Positions 17,407-27,405 are shown, counted from the first letter of the stretch. The stretch: 64,000 nucleotides of DNA from Deltaproteobacteria bacterium (GCA_028817435.1 JAPPPQ010000048.1:679-64678), one strand, 5' to 3'. Translations and numbers: made by a program. The notes: generated by a model not told the origin, from the letters alone.

Positions 17407-18927
17407 CTACTCCTCCACCAAATAGCCCTTCGGCGTCATGCGCAAGCGCACGGCGCCTTCGGGAATCCCCTCCACGCCAAAAGCTCCGGGCCAGTGGTGA
17501 TGCACGGTGACTCGGCCGACCAGGTTGAGCCCATCAACATCGCGCATAGGCTTGTATTTGTTGGGCATAAATCCATTGAATAACACATGCCATGTCCAGT
17601 TATTCTGCGCAACAATGGCGAATTTTGCCTGATCGTCTCCAGAGCGCCGGTCATGCACGCGCACGATAGAGGCCAGGCTGGTATGGGCAGCGCGCTGCAT
17701 GACGCCATTCCTGTAATTGCTCCACTGAATATGCGCGCTGTGTGCGGCCAGCACCGCGAAGACTGCGCAAGCCACCGCACGCACCCAGGCGCGCTCTCCC
17801 ATGCGAAATACATAGGCAAACATCACAGCAACGGCAAACGCCGCGCCATAGGCATAATTCGCATAAGTGCAACAGTGAATCAGCACCGGAGAGATGAAGA
17901 CATAGTAATAACCGGAATAAGCGAGAGCCCAGCGCCACTTGCGGCGAGCCAGCAGCAATCCCACCGGCAGCAAGGCCAAAAGACCAGCCAGCCACAATTG
18001 AAATTGCGAAGAAGCGGCGATAACATCGTAGAGCTCATAATTATTCCACACCCCGGGCCACAACCAATAGTGCAGCATATGGGGGAAAACATTCACCAGT
18101 GTGGGCGGAGAGATGTATGGATTGTCAAAGAGCATATTCTGCAGCCGGATTGCGAGATAGATTCCCACAATGGCGCTGCTGACGAGCAGCGACCAGATCC
18201 AGCCGCGCCACGGCTTCACCAACAGGCACAGCCCCGCAATGAAGGCGGGAAATGGAATCATCGCTTCCTTTGACATCAACCCCAACACCAGGCACAGCGC
18301 AATCCCCGCCTGCCGCAGAATTTCCGGGCGGGAGAGTTTCCACCAGTCCACCCCTGGCTGCCGCAGTGCGGCGTTGCGGTCGGAGAGCAGTATGTGCGCG
18401 GCAATGAGGGCGAAAGTCAGGTAGAGCTTGTCTGCGGTGGTGGCAAGCCCCCAGCCGACGACGAACGCCGAGGACGGAAAGACATTGAATGCGAGAAAGC
18501 TCCACAGCGCCGCGCGCTTTTGCCCGGAAATGCGCATCACCAGGTAATAGATCAGCAAGCCGTTCAGAACGCTCTGCAGTGTGCTGCACAAATGATACAG
18601 AACGGGTTTCTCGAAAAAGAAAAAAGACAGCGCATACCAAATCTTGAAGGTCAGCGGCCGATAGTGCACTTTGGAGAAATCAAACCAGCCGACTGCGCCA
18701 ACCGCATCGCCCAGGCTGTGGCCAGCGACACGGACGAGGTGACGGGAGATATCGTCTTTGCCGAAATACCCCGGCACTGCAATGTTGATGAGGTTGAGCG
18801 CCACGCCGAGCAACAGCAGAAACACCAACGAGTATCCCACGCCTCCGGCCCATGCGAGCCTGCGCCGCCGGAAATCCGTCCAGCGGCGGGCAAGAGTCAC
18901 TTCGATGGGTTCGAGCTTCGGATGCAA
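17407..18927 (-). CDS. Polytopic membrane protein, putative GT-C-fold glycosyltransferase (ArnT/PMT-like), paralogue 1
   Basis: About 12 hydrophobic segments, acidic GKDD in the first extracytoplasmic loop, and a ~100-aa soluble C-terminal domain. The start is set at TTG 18927, aligned with MEAKLEPIEV of paralogue 2 (here LHPKLEPIEV). The longer listed ORF (to 19086) would overlap the upstream gene. The gene lies 2 nt from the GT2 gene. Confidence 0.6.
   Translation of the reverse strand: MHPKLEPIEVTLARRWTDFRRRRLAWAGGVGYSLVFLLLLGVALNLINIAVPGYFGKDDISRHLVRVAGHSLGDAVGAVGWFDFSKVHYRPLTFKIWYALSFFFFEKPVLYHLCSTLQSVLNGLLIYYLVMRISGQKRAALWSFLAFNVFPSSAFVVGWGLATTADKLYLTFALIAAHILLSDRNAALRQPGVDWWKLSRPEILRQAGIALCLVLGLMSKEAMIPFPAFIAGLCLLVKPWRGWIWSLLVSSAIVGIYLAIRLQNMLFDNPYISPPTLVNVFPHMLHYWLWPGVWNNYELYDVIAASSQFQLWLAGLLALLPVGLLLARRKWRWALAYSGYYYVFISPVLIHCCTYANYAYGAAFAVAVMFAYVFRMGERAWVRAVACAVFAVLAAHSAHIQWSNYRNGVMQRAAHTSLASIVRVHDRRSGDDQAKFAIVAQNNWTWHVLFNGFMPNKYKPMRDVDGLNLVGRVTVHHHWPGAFGVEGIPEGAVRLRMTPKGYLVEE
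18187..18642. repeat. 456-bp block that reads as identical to 19707..20162 (core of the GT-C paralogue pair, copy 1)
   Basis: Base-by-base visual comparison of the two intervals at an offset of 1520 bp. The flanking gene sequence shows roughly 80-90% identity. Confidence 0.85.
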
Positions 18928-18929
18928 AG

Positions 18930-20480
18930 CTACTCCTCCACCACATAGCCTTCCGGCGTAATGCGCAAGCGCACGGGGCCTTCGGGAATCTCGTGAAAGG
19001 GGCCGGGCCAAGGTTGGTGCACGGTGACTCTGCCGAACAGATTGAGGCCATCCACATCCATCATGCCCTGGTAACTGGGCGGCCAAAATCCATTATAGAG
19101 CACATGCCATGTCCAATCGTCCTTCGCAACAATGGCGAATTGAGTCTGCTCGTTTCCAGCGCGGCGGTCATGCACGCGCACGATAGCGGCCAGACTGCTC
19201 CGGGCAGCGCGCTGCATAACGCCATTTTTGTAATTGCTCCACTGAATATGCGCACTGTGCGCGGCCAGCACCGCGAAGACTGCGCAAGCCACAGCGCGCA
19301 CCCAAGCGCGCTCTCCCCGCCGAAACACATAGGCAAACATCACCGCAACGGAAAATGCCGCGCCGTAAAGGAGATTTACATAGGTGCAACAGTGAATCAG
19401 CACCGGAGAGACGAAGACATAGTAATAGCCGAGATAGGCAAGAGCCCAGCGCCACTTGCGGCGAGCCAGCAACAACGCCACCGGCAGCGAAGCCAGAAGA
19501 GCGGCCCACCACAAGTTCAATTGCGAAGAAACGGCGATAACATCCTGGAGCTGGTAATTACTCCACACTGCGGGCCACAACCAATAGTGCAGCATATGGG
19601 AGAGAACATTTGCCAGTGAAGGAGGTTCAGGGCCGTATGGATTGTCAAAGAGCATATCCTGCAGCCGGATTGCGAGATAGATTCCCACAATGGCGCTGCT
19701 GGCAAGCAGCGACCAGATCCAGCCGCGCCACGGCTTCACCAACAGGCACAGCCCCGCAATGAAGGCGGGAAATGGAATCATCGCTTCCTTTGACATCAAC
19801 CCCAACACCAGGCACAGCGCAATCCCCGCCTGCCGCAGAATTTCCGGGCGGGAGAGTTTCCACCAGTCCACCCCTGGCTGCCGCAGTGCGGCGTTGCGGT
19901 CGGAGAGCAGTATGTGCGCGGCAATGAGGGCGAAAGTCAGGTAGAGCTTGTCTGCGGTGGTGGCAAGCCCCCAGCCGACGACGAACGCCGAGGACGGAAA
20001 GACATTGAATGCGAGAAAGCTCCACAGCGCCGCGCGCTTTTGCCCGGAAATGCGCATCACCAGGTAATAGATCAGCAAGCCGTTCAGAACGCTCTGCAGT
20101 GTGCTGCACAAATGATACAGAACGGGTTTCTCGAAAAAGAAAAAAGACAGCGCATACCAAATTTTGAAGCTCAGCGGCCGATAGTGCACTTTGGAAAAGT
20201 CAAGCCAGCCGACTGCGCCAACCGCATCGCCCAGGCTGCGGCCAGCGATATGGACGAGGTGATGGGAGATATCGTCTTTGCCGAAATACCCCGGCACCGC
20301 AATGTTGATGAGGTTGAGCGCCACGCCGAGCACCAGCAGAAACCACAGCGAGTGCCCCGCTGCGCCTTGCTCTCCCTTCGCACGGGCGAGAAAGCGCCCG
20401 GCCCCTGCGAACAGGCGCCGCCGGAATTCGGCCCAGCGGCGGGCAAGCGCCACTTCGATGGGCTCGAGCTTCGCTTCCAT
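18930..20480 (-). CDS. Polytopic membrane protein, putative GT-C-fold glycosyltransferase (ArnT/PMT-like), paralogue 2
   Basis: ATG at 20480 with AAGGA upstream. It can be aligned along its full length to paralogue 1, and the central ~190 aa are identical. Confidence 0.6.
   Translation of the reverse strand: MEAKLEPIEVALARRWAEFRRRLFAGAGRFLARAKGEQGAAGHSLWFLLVLGVALNLINIAVPGYFGKDDISHHLVHIAGRSLGDAVGAVGWLDFSKVHYRPLSFKIWYALSFFFFEKPVLYHLCSTLQSVLNGLLIYYLVMRISGQKRAALWSFLAFNVFPSSAFVVGWGLATTADKLYLTFALIAAHILLSDRNAALRQPGVDWWKLSRPEILRQAGIALCLVLGLMSKEAMIPFPAFIAGLCLLVKPWRGWIWSLLASSAIVGIYLAIRLQDMLFDNPYGPEPPSLANVLSHMLHYWLWPAVWSNYQLQDVIAVSSQLNLWWAALLASLPVALLLARRKWRWALAYLGYYYVFVSPVLIHCCTYVNLLYGAAFSVAVMFAYVFRRGERAWVRAVACAVFAVLAAHSAHIQWSNYKNGVMQRAARSSLAAIVRVHDRRAGNEQTQFAIVAKDDWTWHVLYNGFWPPSYQGMMDVDGLNLFGRVTVHQPWPGPFHEIPEGPVRLRITPEGYVVEE
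19707..20162. repeat. 456-bp block that reads as identical to 18187..18642 (copy 2)
   Basis: Same comparison as for copy 1. The alternative-frame ORFs 18125..18640 and 19645..20160 in the track are near-identical. Confidence 0.85.
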
Positions 20481-20490
20481 TTCGTCCTTT

Positions 20491-21534
20491 CTACCGCGGC
20501 GATTGCGGATAGACCGTGGACACGAGGTCGTCCTGCGCGAGGGGCCAATCCAGTTCTGGTTCCGAGATTTTGCGCGCAAGGCAACCGGTGGTGAGATAGC
20601 TCAGACCTCTGAATAGCCCCCTGAGATGCCCCCGGAATTTTGTTTGCAGCAACGGCGTCATGACGGTGGGATCTGCGTGGGTGGCGCCGAGCAATTCGAA
20701 GCCGGTGTGGCGGTTGAAGAGTGCCGCCCAAGCCCACTTCGAGAAGCGGAAAAAATCGTGTGGAAGCTCGTGCAAAGGCCAGCTTGGATGCGTGTGGATG
20801 AATACCAGGCCGCCCACGCGCAACACCCGGGCAATTTCCACGGCGGCTTTCCATGGCATCAGCAGGTGCTCAAAGGTCGCAGCGCTGAAGACAAAATCCA
20901 CCGGCTCGGGGATCAACTTGGAGAGCCGATGGGCGTCGCCCACCAGATTCACGCCCTCGCCCGGATGGTAATCCAGGCCGATGTATATTGCGTCGGCAGG
21001 AGGCACATTGCGCTTTCCCATCACGCGCGCCAACGATGAACCTCTCGATCCGATCTCCAGAATGCGCGGCGCAGTGCTCTCGAGAATTGCCTGGCGGAAG
21101 CGCTTTGACAGCGCCCTGTGCTCCGCGTTGCCCGCGCGAAGATGGGTCTTGGCGGGATCTTCCAGCAGCTCTTCTGCGCCATCGGCCCGCAAGCGCAGGG
21201 ACAGCCGGAGATAGCAGTCGTCGTCCTCTCCGCCCCAAAGGTTGACGCATTCCCCCCCCTGGGAGGGAGGGAGAGGCAGCAGCGCGCGGATGCAGAAACC
21301 CCAGCGGCTCGGCGCTTCGCCGTCCGGCTCCAGCCGCTCCGGCACAGCGCGCCGCATGACCTCAATCAAATCCGGGCGATACACCGCAACCAATTGCTGC
21401 CCCGATAGCGGCGCGCCGTCGAAAAGCAGCTCCGCCTGCGCGTCCGGCGCGGTCATTCCCGAACACCAGCCGTCGCAGATCACCACGCCTTCCATCACGA
21501 TGAAGCGATCCACGCCGAACAGCAAATCAGGCAA
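20491..21534 (-). CDS. Class I SAM-dependent methyltransferase with a ~150-aa N-terminal domain of unknown function
   Basis: TTG start with GGAGGA 4 nt upstream. Motif I-like ILEIGSRGSS, IGLDYHPG, and a Methyltransf_11-like VDFVFSAATFEHL...LRVGGLVFI. Confidence 0.65.
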   Translation of the reverse strand: MPDLLFGVDRFIVMEGVVICDGWCSGMTAPDAQAELLFDGAPLSGQQLVAVYRPDLIEVMRRAVPERLEPDGEAPSRWGFCIRALLPLPPSQGGECVNLWGGEDDDCYLRLSLRLRADGAEELLEDPAKTHLRAGNAEHRALSKRFRQAILESTAPRILEIGSRGSSLARVMGKRNVPPADAIYIGLDYHPGEGVNLVGDAHRLSKLIPEPVDFVFSAATFEHLLMPWKAAVEIARVLRVGGLVFIHTHPSWPLHELPHDFFRFSKWAWAALFNRHTGFELLGATHADPTVMTPLLQTKFRGHLRGLFRGLSYLTTGCLARKISEPELDWPLAQDDLVSTVYPQSPR

Positions 21535-21570
21535 AGGCTCCTCCAGGCCGCGCAGCGTAGCTGGGGCGAG

Positions 21571-22002
21571 TCAGGCTTCGCAGGGGGCGAGGATCTCCGA
21601 GGCGTTGAAGAAGTAGGCGATTTCGGCGCGGGCGGTTTCGGGGCCGTCGGAGCCGTGCACGGCGTTCTGCTCGATGTCTGTGCCGAAATCGCCGCGGATG
21701 GTGCCGGGCGGGGCCTGGGTGGAATCTGTCGGCCCCATCAGCGCGCGGTTTTTGGCGATGGCCTCCGCGCCCTGCAGCACGCTCACCACCACCGGGCCAG
21801 AGCACATGAATTTGACCAGGTCGCCGTAGAAGGGGCGCTCTCGGTGCACCGCGTAGAAGCCCCGCGCCAGCTCTTCGCTCATGCGCAGCTTCTTCAGCGC
21901 GATGATCGAAAGCCCCGCGGACTCGAAGCGCTGCAAAATCTCACCGGTGGCGCCCCGCCGCACCGCGTCGGGCTTCACAATGGAAAGTGTGCGTTCAAGC
22001 AT
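21571..22002 (-). CDS. ndk: Nucleoside-diphosphate kinase
   Basis: ATG at 22002 ([14 protein letters not shown]) and active-site region NAVHGSD. The product is 143 aa. The listed ORF extends upstream artificially. Confidence 0.92.
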   Translation of the reverse strand: MLERTLSIVKPDAVRRGATGEILQRFESAGLSIIALKKLRMSEELARGFYAVHRERPFYGDLVKFMCSGPVVVSVLQGAEAIAKNRALMGPTDSTQAPPGTIRGDFGTDIEQNAVHGSDGPETARAEIAYFFNASEILAPCEA

Positions 22003-22030
22003 TTCCCCAGCATAACAGACTTGCAACCGC

Positions 22031-23017
22031 CTACACGCGGACGACGATTTTGCCGAAGTGCAGGCTCTGCGCCATGGCCTCGTGGGCCTCTGCCACCTGC
22101 GGCAGGGGCAGCACGCGGTCCAGCACCGGGCGAATGCCGCCAGCTTCAAGCGCCGCGCCGAAGCGGCGCAAAAATCCCGCGGCCAGCTCGGCCTTGCGCG
22201 CACTGCTCAGGGCGCGCAGGGTGGAGCCGATGAGCTGCAGGCGGCGGGAGAGCAGCCGCCCCAAATTAATCTGCGCCTTGGCCCCGCCCATCAGGCCAAT
22301 CAGCACCAAGCGCCCGCCGCTGCGCAGCGCGGCCAGGTTCTGCTCCAGATAGGCGGCGCCAATGTGGTCCAGCACCACATCCACGCCGCGCCCTTGGGTG
22401 GCGCCGCGCACCGCTTCGGCAAAACCGCCCTGCCCCAGCTCGCGGTAATTGAGCGCCAGCGCCGCGCCCAGTTCCAGGCAGCGCGCGCACTTCGGATCCG
22501 AGCCCGCCGTGGTAAGCGCCTTTGCGCCCGCGGCCCGGGCCAGTTGAATGGCCGCGGTGCCGACGCCGCTGCCGCCGCCGTGCACCAGCAGCGCGCCGCG
22601 CTCCGGCAGCCGCGCCAGCACAAACACATTCAGAAACACGGTGAGAAAAACCTCCGGCACCGCAGCCGCCTCTTCCAGCGAGAGCCGCGCGGGCACGGGC
22701 AGCGCCGAGCCGGCATCTACCACGGCCTCGGCCGCGTAGCCGCCGCCGGGCAGCAGCGCCATGACGCGCTGGCCCGGCGACCAGCCCGACACCTGCGCGC
22801 CCACCTCGGCCACCGTGCCCGCGCATTCCAGCCCCAGCAGTTCCGGCGCGCCCGGCGGCGGCGGATACAGGCCGCGCCGCTGCATCAGGTCGGCCCGGTT
22901 CACGCCGAAGGCCGCCACGCGAATGCGCAGATCGCCCGGCCCGCAGAGCGGCGCGGGCGCTTCGCCCACCACGAGGCGGGATTCCGGCCCCGGGTTTTCG
23001 ACGAGCACCGCGCGCAC
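22031..23017 (-). CDS. qor: NADPH:quinone oxidoreductase (zeta-crystallin type MDR)
   Basis: GTG start. Motifs [23 protein letters not shown] and the nucleotide-binding [17 protein letters not shown]. Confidence 0.8.
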   Translation of the reverse strand: MRAVLVENPGPESRLVVGEAPAPLCGPGDLRIRVAAFGVNRADLMQRRGLYPPPPGAPELLGLECAGTVAEVGAQVSGWSPGQRVMALLPGGGYAAEAVVDAGSALPVPARLSLEEAAAVPEVFLTVFLNVFVLARLPERGALLVHGGGSGVGTAAIQLARAAGAKALTTAGSDPKCARCLELGAALALNYRELGQGGFAEAVRGATQGRGVDVVLDHIGAAYLEQNLAALRSGGRLVLIGLMGGAKAQINLGRLLSRRLQLIGSTLRALSSARKAELAAGFLRRFGAALEAGGIRPVLDRVLPLPQVAEAHEAMAQSLHFGKIVVRV

Positions 23018-23057
23018 CCCCGCAGCCTAGCAGGCGGCGGCTGCTACCCTGCCCGCG

Positions 23058-23470
23058 CCGGAGGTGGACGGAGGATCGCCGGCGGGCAATCACCGCCCGC
23101 GGGAGGAAAGTCCGGGCTCCACAGGGCGGGGAGGTCGCTAACGGCGACCCGGGGCGACCCGAGGGAAAGTGCCGCAGAAACCACACCGCCGATGGCCCCG
23201 GACGGGGCACAGGCAAGGGTGAAATCGTGGGGTAAGAGCCCACGCGCGACAGCCGGGCGACCGGCGGCGGGGCAAACCCCTCCCGGAGCAAGCTCGAATA
23301 GGGATGCCGCCTGGGGTGGCCCGCCCCAGCGCCCGCCGCAAGGCGCGGCCCGGCTTCCGGGTGAGAGTGCTGGAGCCCGTCAGCAATGGCGGGCCTAGAT
23401 GAATGATCCTCGCCGGCGCAAGCGCAAGCGAACGCCGGAACAGGACCCGGCTTACAGTCCACCTCCGGCT
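23058..23470 (+). ncRNA. rnpB: RNase P RNA, bacterial type A
   Basis: Universally conserved GGAGGAAAGTCCGGGCTCCACAGGGC (23102-23127) and 3' P4 strand ACAGGACCCGGCTTAC (23440-23455). A perfect 12-bp P1 helix pairs CCGGAGGTGGAC (23058-23069) with GTCCACCTCCGG (23457-23468). GGTAAGAGCCCAC and other type-A blocks are present. Confidence 0.92.
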
Positions 23471-23477
23471 TTCGGCT

Positions 23478-24590
23478 TCAGCCCTTCAAGGGCAAAATTT
23501 CCCGCTCATGACAGCGCAGTTGCGCGCGGCGGGCAGAGTCGTAGCCGCGCCACTTGGCGGCGGGCAGCGCGCTGCCGGAAACTTCGGCAAAGCCGTTGCG
23601 CGCGAAGAAGGCGCTTACCCGCGCAGAGGTGGTGCAGGCAAAAATGCGGGCGTAGCCCCGCGCCCGCGCCTCTTGACAGGCGAAGCGCAGCAGGTGCATG
23701 CCGACACCTTCGCCCAGAAAGCGCGTCAGGGTGTAGAGCGCGGCCACTTCGCCGCTGCGCCCGTCGCCGCCGTCCAGCAGCGCGCCAAAACCCGCCAGCG
23801 CGCCCCCGCCCCGGGCGGCGTCCAGCGCAATGAACGCGCCGAAGCCGCTGGCCAGCAGCGCATCTACCTGCTCCGGCGTGCGCGGCGCCAGGTAGCCCTC
23901 CCGCACGCCCCGGGCGATCAAATCCGCCGCCGCCGCGTAATCATCCACGCCCAGGCGGCGCACCTGCATGAAGCGCTCCCGGGTAAACAGCGTCCCCGAG
24001 CCCGCGTAGCTGAACAACTCCTCGGCCAACCCCGCCGGGCTGCACACATTCACCGCCACCTCGCCCTGCGACAGCACCCCGGCAATCTCATGCCAAATGA
24101 CCTGCCGCAGCAGCGAATCGCCGCTCAGCACATCTGCGGCGAGCAGCACGCGCAGCTCTGCCAAATCCACGAAAGAGAGCCGCGCGCCGTCCGGGCTGCG
24201 CAGCCCGCCGCCGCCGTCGAGCCACACCAGCTTGAAGACGCCGAGTTGCAGCGCCAGCGCCGCGGCCTGGGCGGCGAAGTCTTCGGCATTGCCCCCGGCG
24301 CAGTGAATGCCCACGCGGGGGCTCTGCTGCAATGCGCGCCACACCGCCCCGGCCAGCCGGGGCGCTTGCGCTTGCAGCAGCGGCGCGGCGGAGAGCGCCG
24401 CCAACTGCGCTTCCTCCCGGGCCATCGCCAGCACCCGCGCGCCGCCCGCCGCCAGCGCGGCCAGCGGCTCGGCAACCCCCGCCAGCGCATCCGCCTCCGC
24501 CTGCCACGGCAGCACCAGCGCCAGGGTGCGCCCGCGAAACTCCCGCAGGTAGAAGGCGCGCTCCGAGAACTCCTCCACTCGCCCAGCCAT
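23478..24590 (-). CDS. Amino-acid N-acetyltransferase, ArgA-like (short kinase-like N-domain plus C-terminal GNAT)
   Basis: N-terminus FYLREFRGRTLALVLP resembles the ArgA/ArgB start. C-terminal GNAT-like EVAALYTLTRFLGEGVGMHLL...FARNGF. Start is ATG 24590, or possibly GTG 24596. Confidence 0.6.
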   Translation of the reverse strand: MAGRVEEFSERAFYLREFRGRTLALVLPWQAEADALAGVAEPLAALAAGGARVLAMAREEAQLAALSAAPLLQAQAPRLAGAVWRALQQSPRVGIHCAGGNAEDFAAQAAALALQLGVFKLVWLDGGGGLRSPDGARLSFVDLAELRVLLAADVLSGDSLLRQVIWHEIAGVLSQGEVAVNVCSPAGLAEELFSYAGSGTLFTRERFMQVRRLGVDDYAAAADLIARGVREGYLAPRTPEQVDALLASGFGAFIALDAARGGGALAGFGALLDGGDGRSGEVAALYTLTRFLGEGVGMHLLRFACQEARARGYARIFACTTSARVSAFFARNGFAEVSGSALPAAKWRGYDSARRAQLRCHEREILPLKG

Positions 24591-24684
24591 GCGCACCAGC
24601 TTACCCGCCCTTCACGCCGGCGAGCGGAAGCGAGAGATAAAGCGCGATACTCTTTCTCAGCCGACGCGGCAAAAGGAGGCGAGC

Positions 24685-25569
24685 ATGAGCGAGCAATCTG
24701 TTCTCTACGGGAAGCGGGACGGGATCGCGACGATTACGCTGAACCGGCCCGAGAAGGCCAACACCTTGCGCAGCGAGGTCACCCAGGGGATTGATCGCTG
24801 CCTGGAAGAGGCGAACCGGGACCCGGAGGTGAAGGTGATCGTCCTGGAGGGGGCGGGCGACAACTTCTGCGGCGGCTTCGATTTCTCCGGCGGACTGGAG
24901 CACTACGACGCGATCCGCGAACAGACCTATGACCCGGGGATGGACGCCCACTGGGTGGCGAACCGCTACACGAGCTACATCACGGCCTTCATGGGCCTGT
25001 GGCGCGGGCTCAAGCCGACCATCGCCAAGGTGCACGGCTACTGCGTGGGCGGCGGCTCCGAGCTGGCGCTCTGCGCCGATCTCGTCATCGCCTCGGAGGA
25101 CGCGCGCTTCGGCACGCCTTACTCGCGGGTCTGGGGCTGCCATCTCACCGGAATGTGGGTTCACCGGCTCGGCCTGGCGAAGGCGAAATACTACGCGCTC
25201 ACGGGCGAGTGGATCAGCGGGAAGGAAGCGGCCGAGATCGAGCTCATCAATTTCTCCTGCCCGCTGGAAGAGCTCGACCGCCGCGTGCAGGAGCTGGCCG
25301 GAAAGCTGGCGGGGATTCCGCTCACGCAGCTCGTCTCGATGAAGCTGATCGTGAATCAGGCATACGACAACATGGGCCTCCAGAGCACCCAGACCCTCGG
25401 CCCCATTCTCGACGGAATTATGCGCAACACGCCGGAGGGCCGCGAGTTCGTGCGCGCCGCGGCTGCCGAAGGCGTCCGGGGCGCCATTGAAAAGCGGGAC
25501 GGCCCCTTCGCAGATTACAGCCAAGCGCCGCCCGGACAGCAGCCGAGAAAGCGCAGCCAGCTCGGGTAA
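24685..25569 (+). CDS. Enoyl-CoA hydratase/isomerase (crotonase) family protein
   Basis: AAGGAGG lies 6 nt upstream of ATG 24685. Motifs ITLNRPEKANTL, FCGGFDF and KVHGYCVGGGSELALCADLVIA. Confidence 0.8.
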   Translation: MSEQSVLYGKRDGIATITLNRPEKANTLRSEVTQGIDRCLEEANRDPEVKVIVLEGAGDNFCGGFDFSGGLEHYDAIREQTYDPGMDAHWVANRYTSYITAFMGLWRGLKPTIAKVHGYCVGGGSELALCADLVIASEDARFGTPYSRVWGCHLTGMWVHRLGLAKAKYYALTGEWISGKEAAEIELINFSCPLEELDRRVQELAGKLAGIPLTQLVSMKLIVNQAYDNMGLQSTQTLGPILDGIMRNTPEGREFVRAAAAEGVRGAIEKRDGPFADYSQAPPGQQPRKRSQLG

Positions 25570-25617
25570 CCGCTTCCGGGCGGGGAACAAGCCGGCGCGG
25601 CTGCTAGGCTGCGGGCC

Positions 25618-27405
25618 ATGGGGGCCGACGGCTGGATCACCCTCGCCATTCTGGCAGCCGTGGTCGCGGCCCTGGCGCGGGAACTCGCTGCGCCGGATCT
25701 GGTAGTGCTGGCCGGGCTCGGCGCGCTCACCCTTCCCATCCCCGGCCTGCCCGGCCCCATCCTCAGCCCCGAAGAAGCCTTTGCGGGCTTTGCCAATCCG
25801 GCCCTGGCCGCCATTGGCGCGCTGTTCATCGTCTCTGCCGGGCTGCGCGAAACCGGGCTGATTGAGAGCGCCGCGCTGCGGCTCTTCGGCAATGCAGCAG
25901 GGGAGCGCAGGGCGCTGCTGCGCATGGGGCCGCCGCTGGCCGCCATATCGGCCTTCCTGAACAACGCCCCCACCGTGGCGCTGATGACTCCCGTGGTGCA
26001 GGACTGGGCCCGGCGCAGCGGGCGCTCTGCCAGCCGCTTTTTGCTGCCACTCTCTTACGCCACCGTGCTGGGCTCGGTGCTCACCGTCACCGGCACCAGC
26101 GTCAACCTCATGGTCTCCGGCCTCATGCAGCGCGGCGGCATGGGCGAGATGGGCTTTTTCGAGCTGTTGCCCGTGGGAATTTGCGTGGCCGCCCTGGGCC
26201 TGGCCTATCTGGTGCTGGTGGCGCCGCGCCTGCTGCCCGCCCGGCGCGATTCTGCCGAGAAGCTGGGCGAGCGGCGGCGCGAATACACCGCCGCCATGCG
26301 CGTGGGCGCAGATTGCCGGCTGGCCGGGCAGCAGGTGGAGCAGGCGGGGCTGCGGCAACTGCCCGGCCTGTTTCTGGTGGAGATTGACCGGGACGGACAG
26401 ACCATCACCCCCGTCGCGCCGGAGCAGCGCATTGAGGCGGGAGATCGGCTGGTCTTCGCCGGGGTGGTCGCCACCATCGCCGATTTGCAGCGCATTCCCG
26501 GCCTGCTGCCGGATTCCGGCGATTCCGGGGACGAGGCCCGCGCGCCGGGGCGGCGGCTCATGGAAGCGGTGGTTTCGAGCTCTTCGCCGCTGGTGGGGCG
26601 CAGCATCCGCGACGCCAACTTCCGCAGCAGCCACGGCGCGGCGGTGGTGGCGGTGCACCGCAACGGCGTGCGCGTGAGCGGCAAGATCGGCGAGATTGTG
26701 CTGCGCCCCGGCGACACCCTGCTGTTGCAAACGGCCCAAAGCTTCCTGCGCAGCCACCGCAACAGCCCGGATTTCTACCTGGTGAGCGAGCTCGACGGCG
26801 GGCGTCCCCCGCGCACCGAAAAGGGCTGGCTGGCCCTCGGCATTCTGGCCGCCATGGTGCTGGCCGCCGCAACCGGGCGGCTGCCGCTGGCCGTCGCCGC
26901 CAGCCTGGCCGCCGCCGCGCTGCTGCTGGTGCGCTGCCTGGATGTGGCCGATGCGCGGCAGGCCGTCGCCTGGCCCATTTTGCTGGTAATCGGCGCGAGC
27001 TTCGGCCTGGCGCTGGCCATGCAAAAGACCGGCGCAGCGCAATTTCTGGCCGGGGCGCTGGTGGCCGCCGCCGGCAGCTTCGGCCCGCTGGCCCTGCTGG
27101 CCGCCGTCTATGCCGCCACCCTGCTGCTCTCCGAGCTGCTGCATCACAACGCCGCCGCGGCCATTATGACTCCCATTGCCCTGGCCGCCGCCCAGGCCGG
27201 CGGCGCAGAGCCCCGCAGCTTCGTGCTCTGCGTCGCCGTGGCCGCTACCTGCGCCTTCGCCAATCCCACCACCTACCAGGCGCATCTCATCGTCTATGGC
27301 CCCGGCGGCTACCGCTTCGCAGACTTTCTGCGCGTGGGGCTGCCCCTGGACCTGCTCTGCGCCGCCACCGCCCTGTGCGCCGCCCCTCTCATTTGGGGGC
27401 TGTAA
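25618..27405 (+). CDS. SLC13/DASS-type anion permease with two central TrkA-C (RCK_C) domains
   Basis: Hydrophobic N- and C-terminal halves with FLNNAPTVALMTP and HHNAAAAIMTPIAL motifs. Two central soluble repeats are present (LAGQQVEQAGLRQ...IEAGDRLVF and LVGRSIRDANFR...LRPGDTLLL). Confidence 0.75.
   Translation: MGADGWITLAILAAVVAALARELAAPDLVVLAGLGALTLPIPGLPGPILSPEEAFAGFANPALAAIGALFIVSAGLRETGLIESAALRLFGNAAGERRALLRMGPPLAAISAFLNNAPTVALMTPVVQDWARRSGRSASRFLLPLSYATVLGSVLTVTGTSVNLMVSGLMQRGGMGEMGFFELLPVGICVAALGLAYLVLVAPRLLPARRDSAEKLGERRREYTAAMRVGADCRLAGQQVEQAGLRQLPGLFLVEIDRDGQTITPVAPEQRIEAGDRLVFAGVVATIADLQRIPGLLPDSGDSGDEARAPGRRLMEAVVSSSSPLVGRSIRDANFRSSHGAAVVAVHRNGVRVSGKIGEIVLRPGDTLLLQTAQSFLRSHRNSPDFYLVSELDGGRPPRTEKGWLALGILAAMVLAAATGRLPLAVAASLAAAALLLVRCLDVADARQAVAWPILLVIGASFGLALAMQKTGAAQFLAGALVAAAGSFGPLALLAAVYAATLLLSELLHHNAAAAIMTPIALAAAQAGGAEPRSFVLCVAVAATCAFANPTTYQAHLIVYGPGGYRFADFLRVGLPLDLLCAATALCAAPLIWGL

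Noticed and set aside
18928-19086. The 5' extension of ORF 17407..19086, which overlaps the 3' end of the upstream paralogue.
   Set aside because: Alignment with paralogue 2 places the N-terminus at LHPKLEPIEV (TTG 18927), directly after the upstream stop codon.
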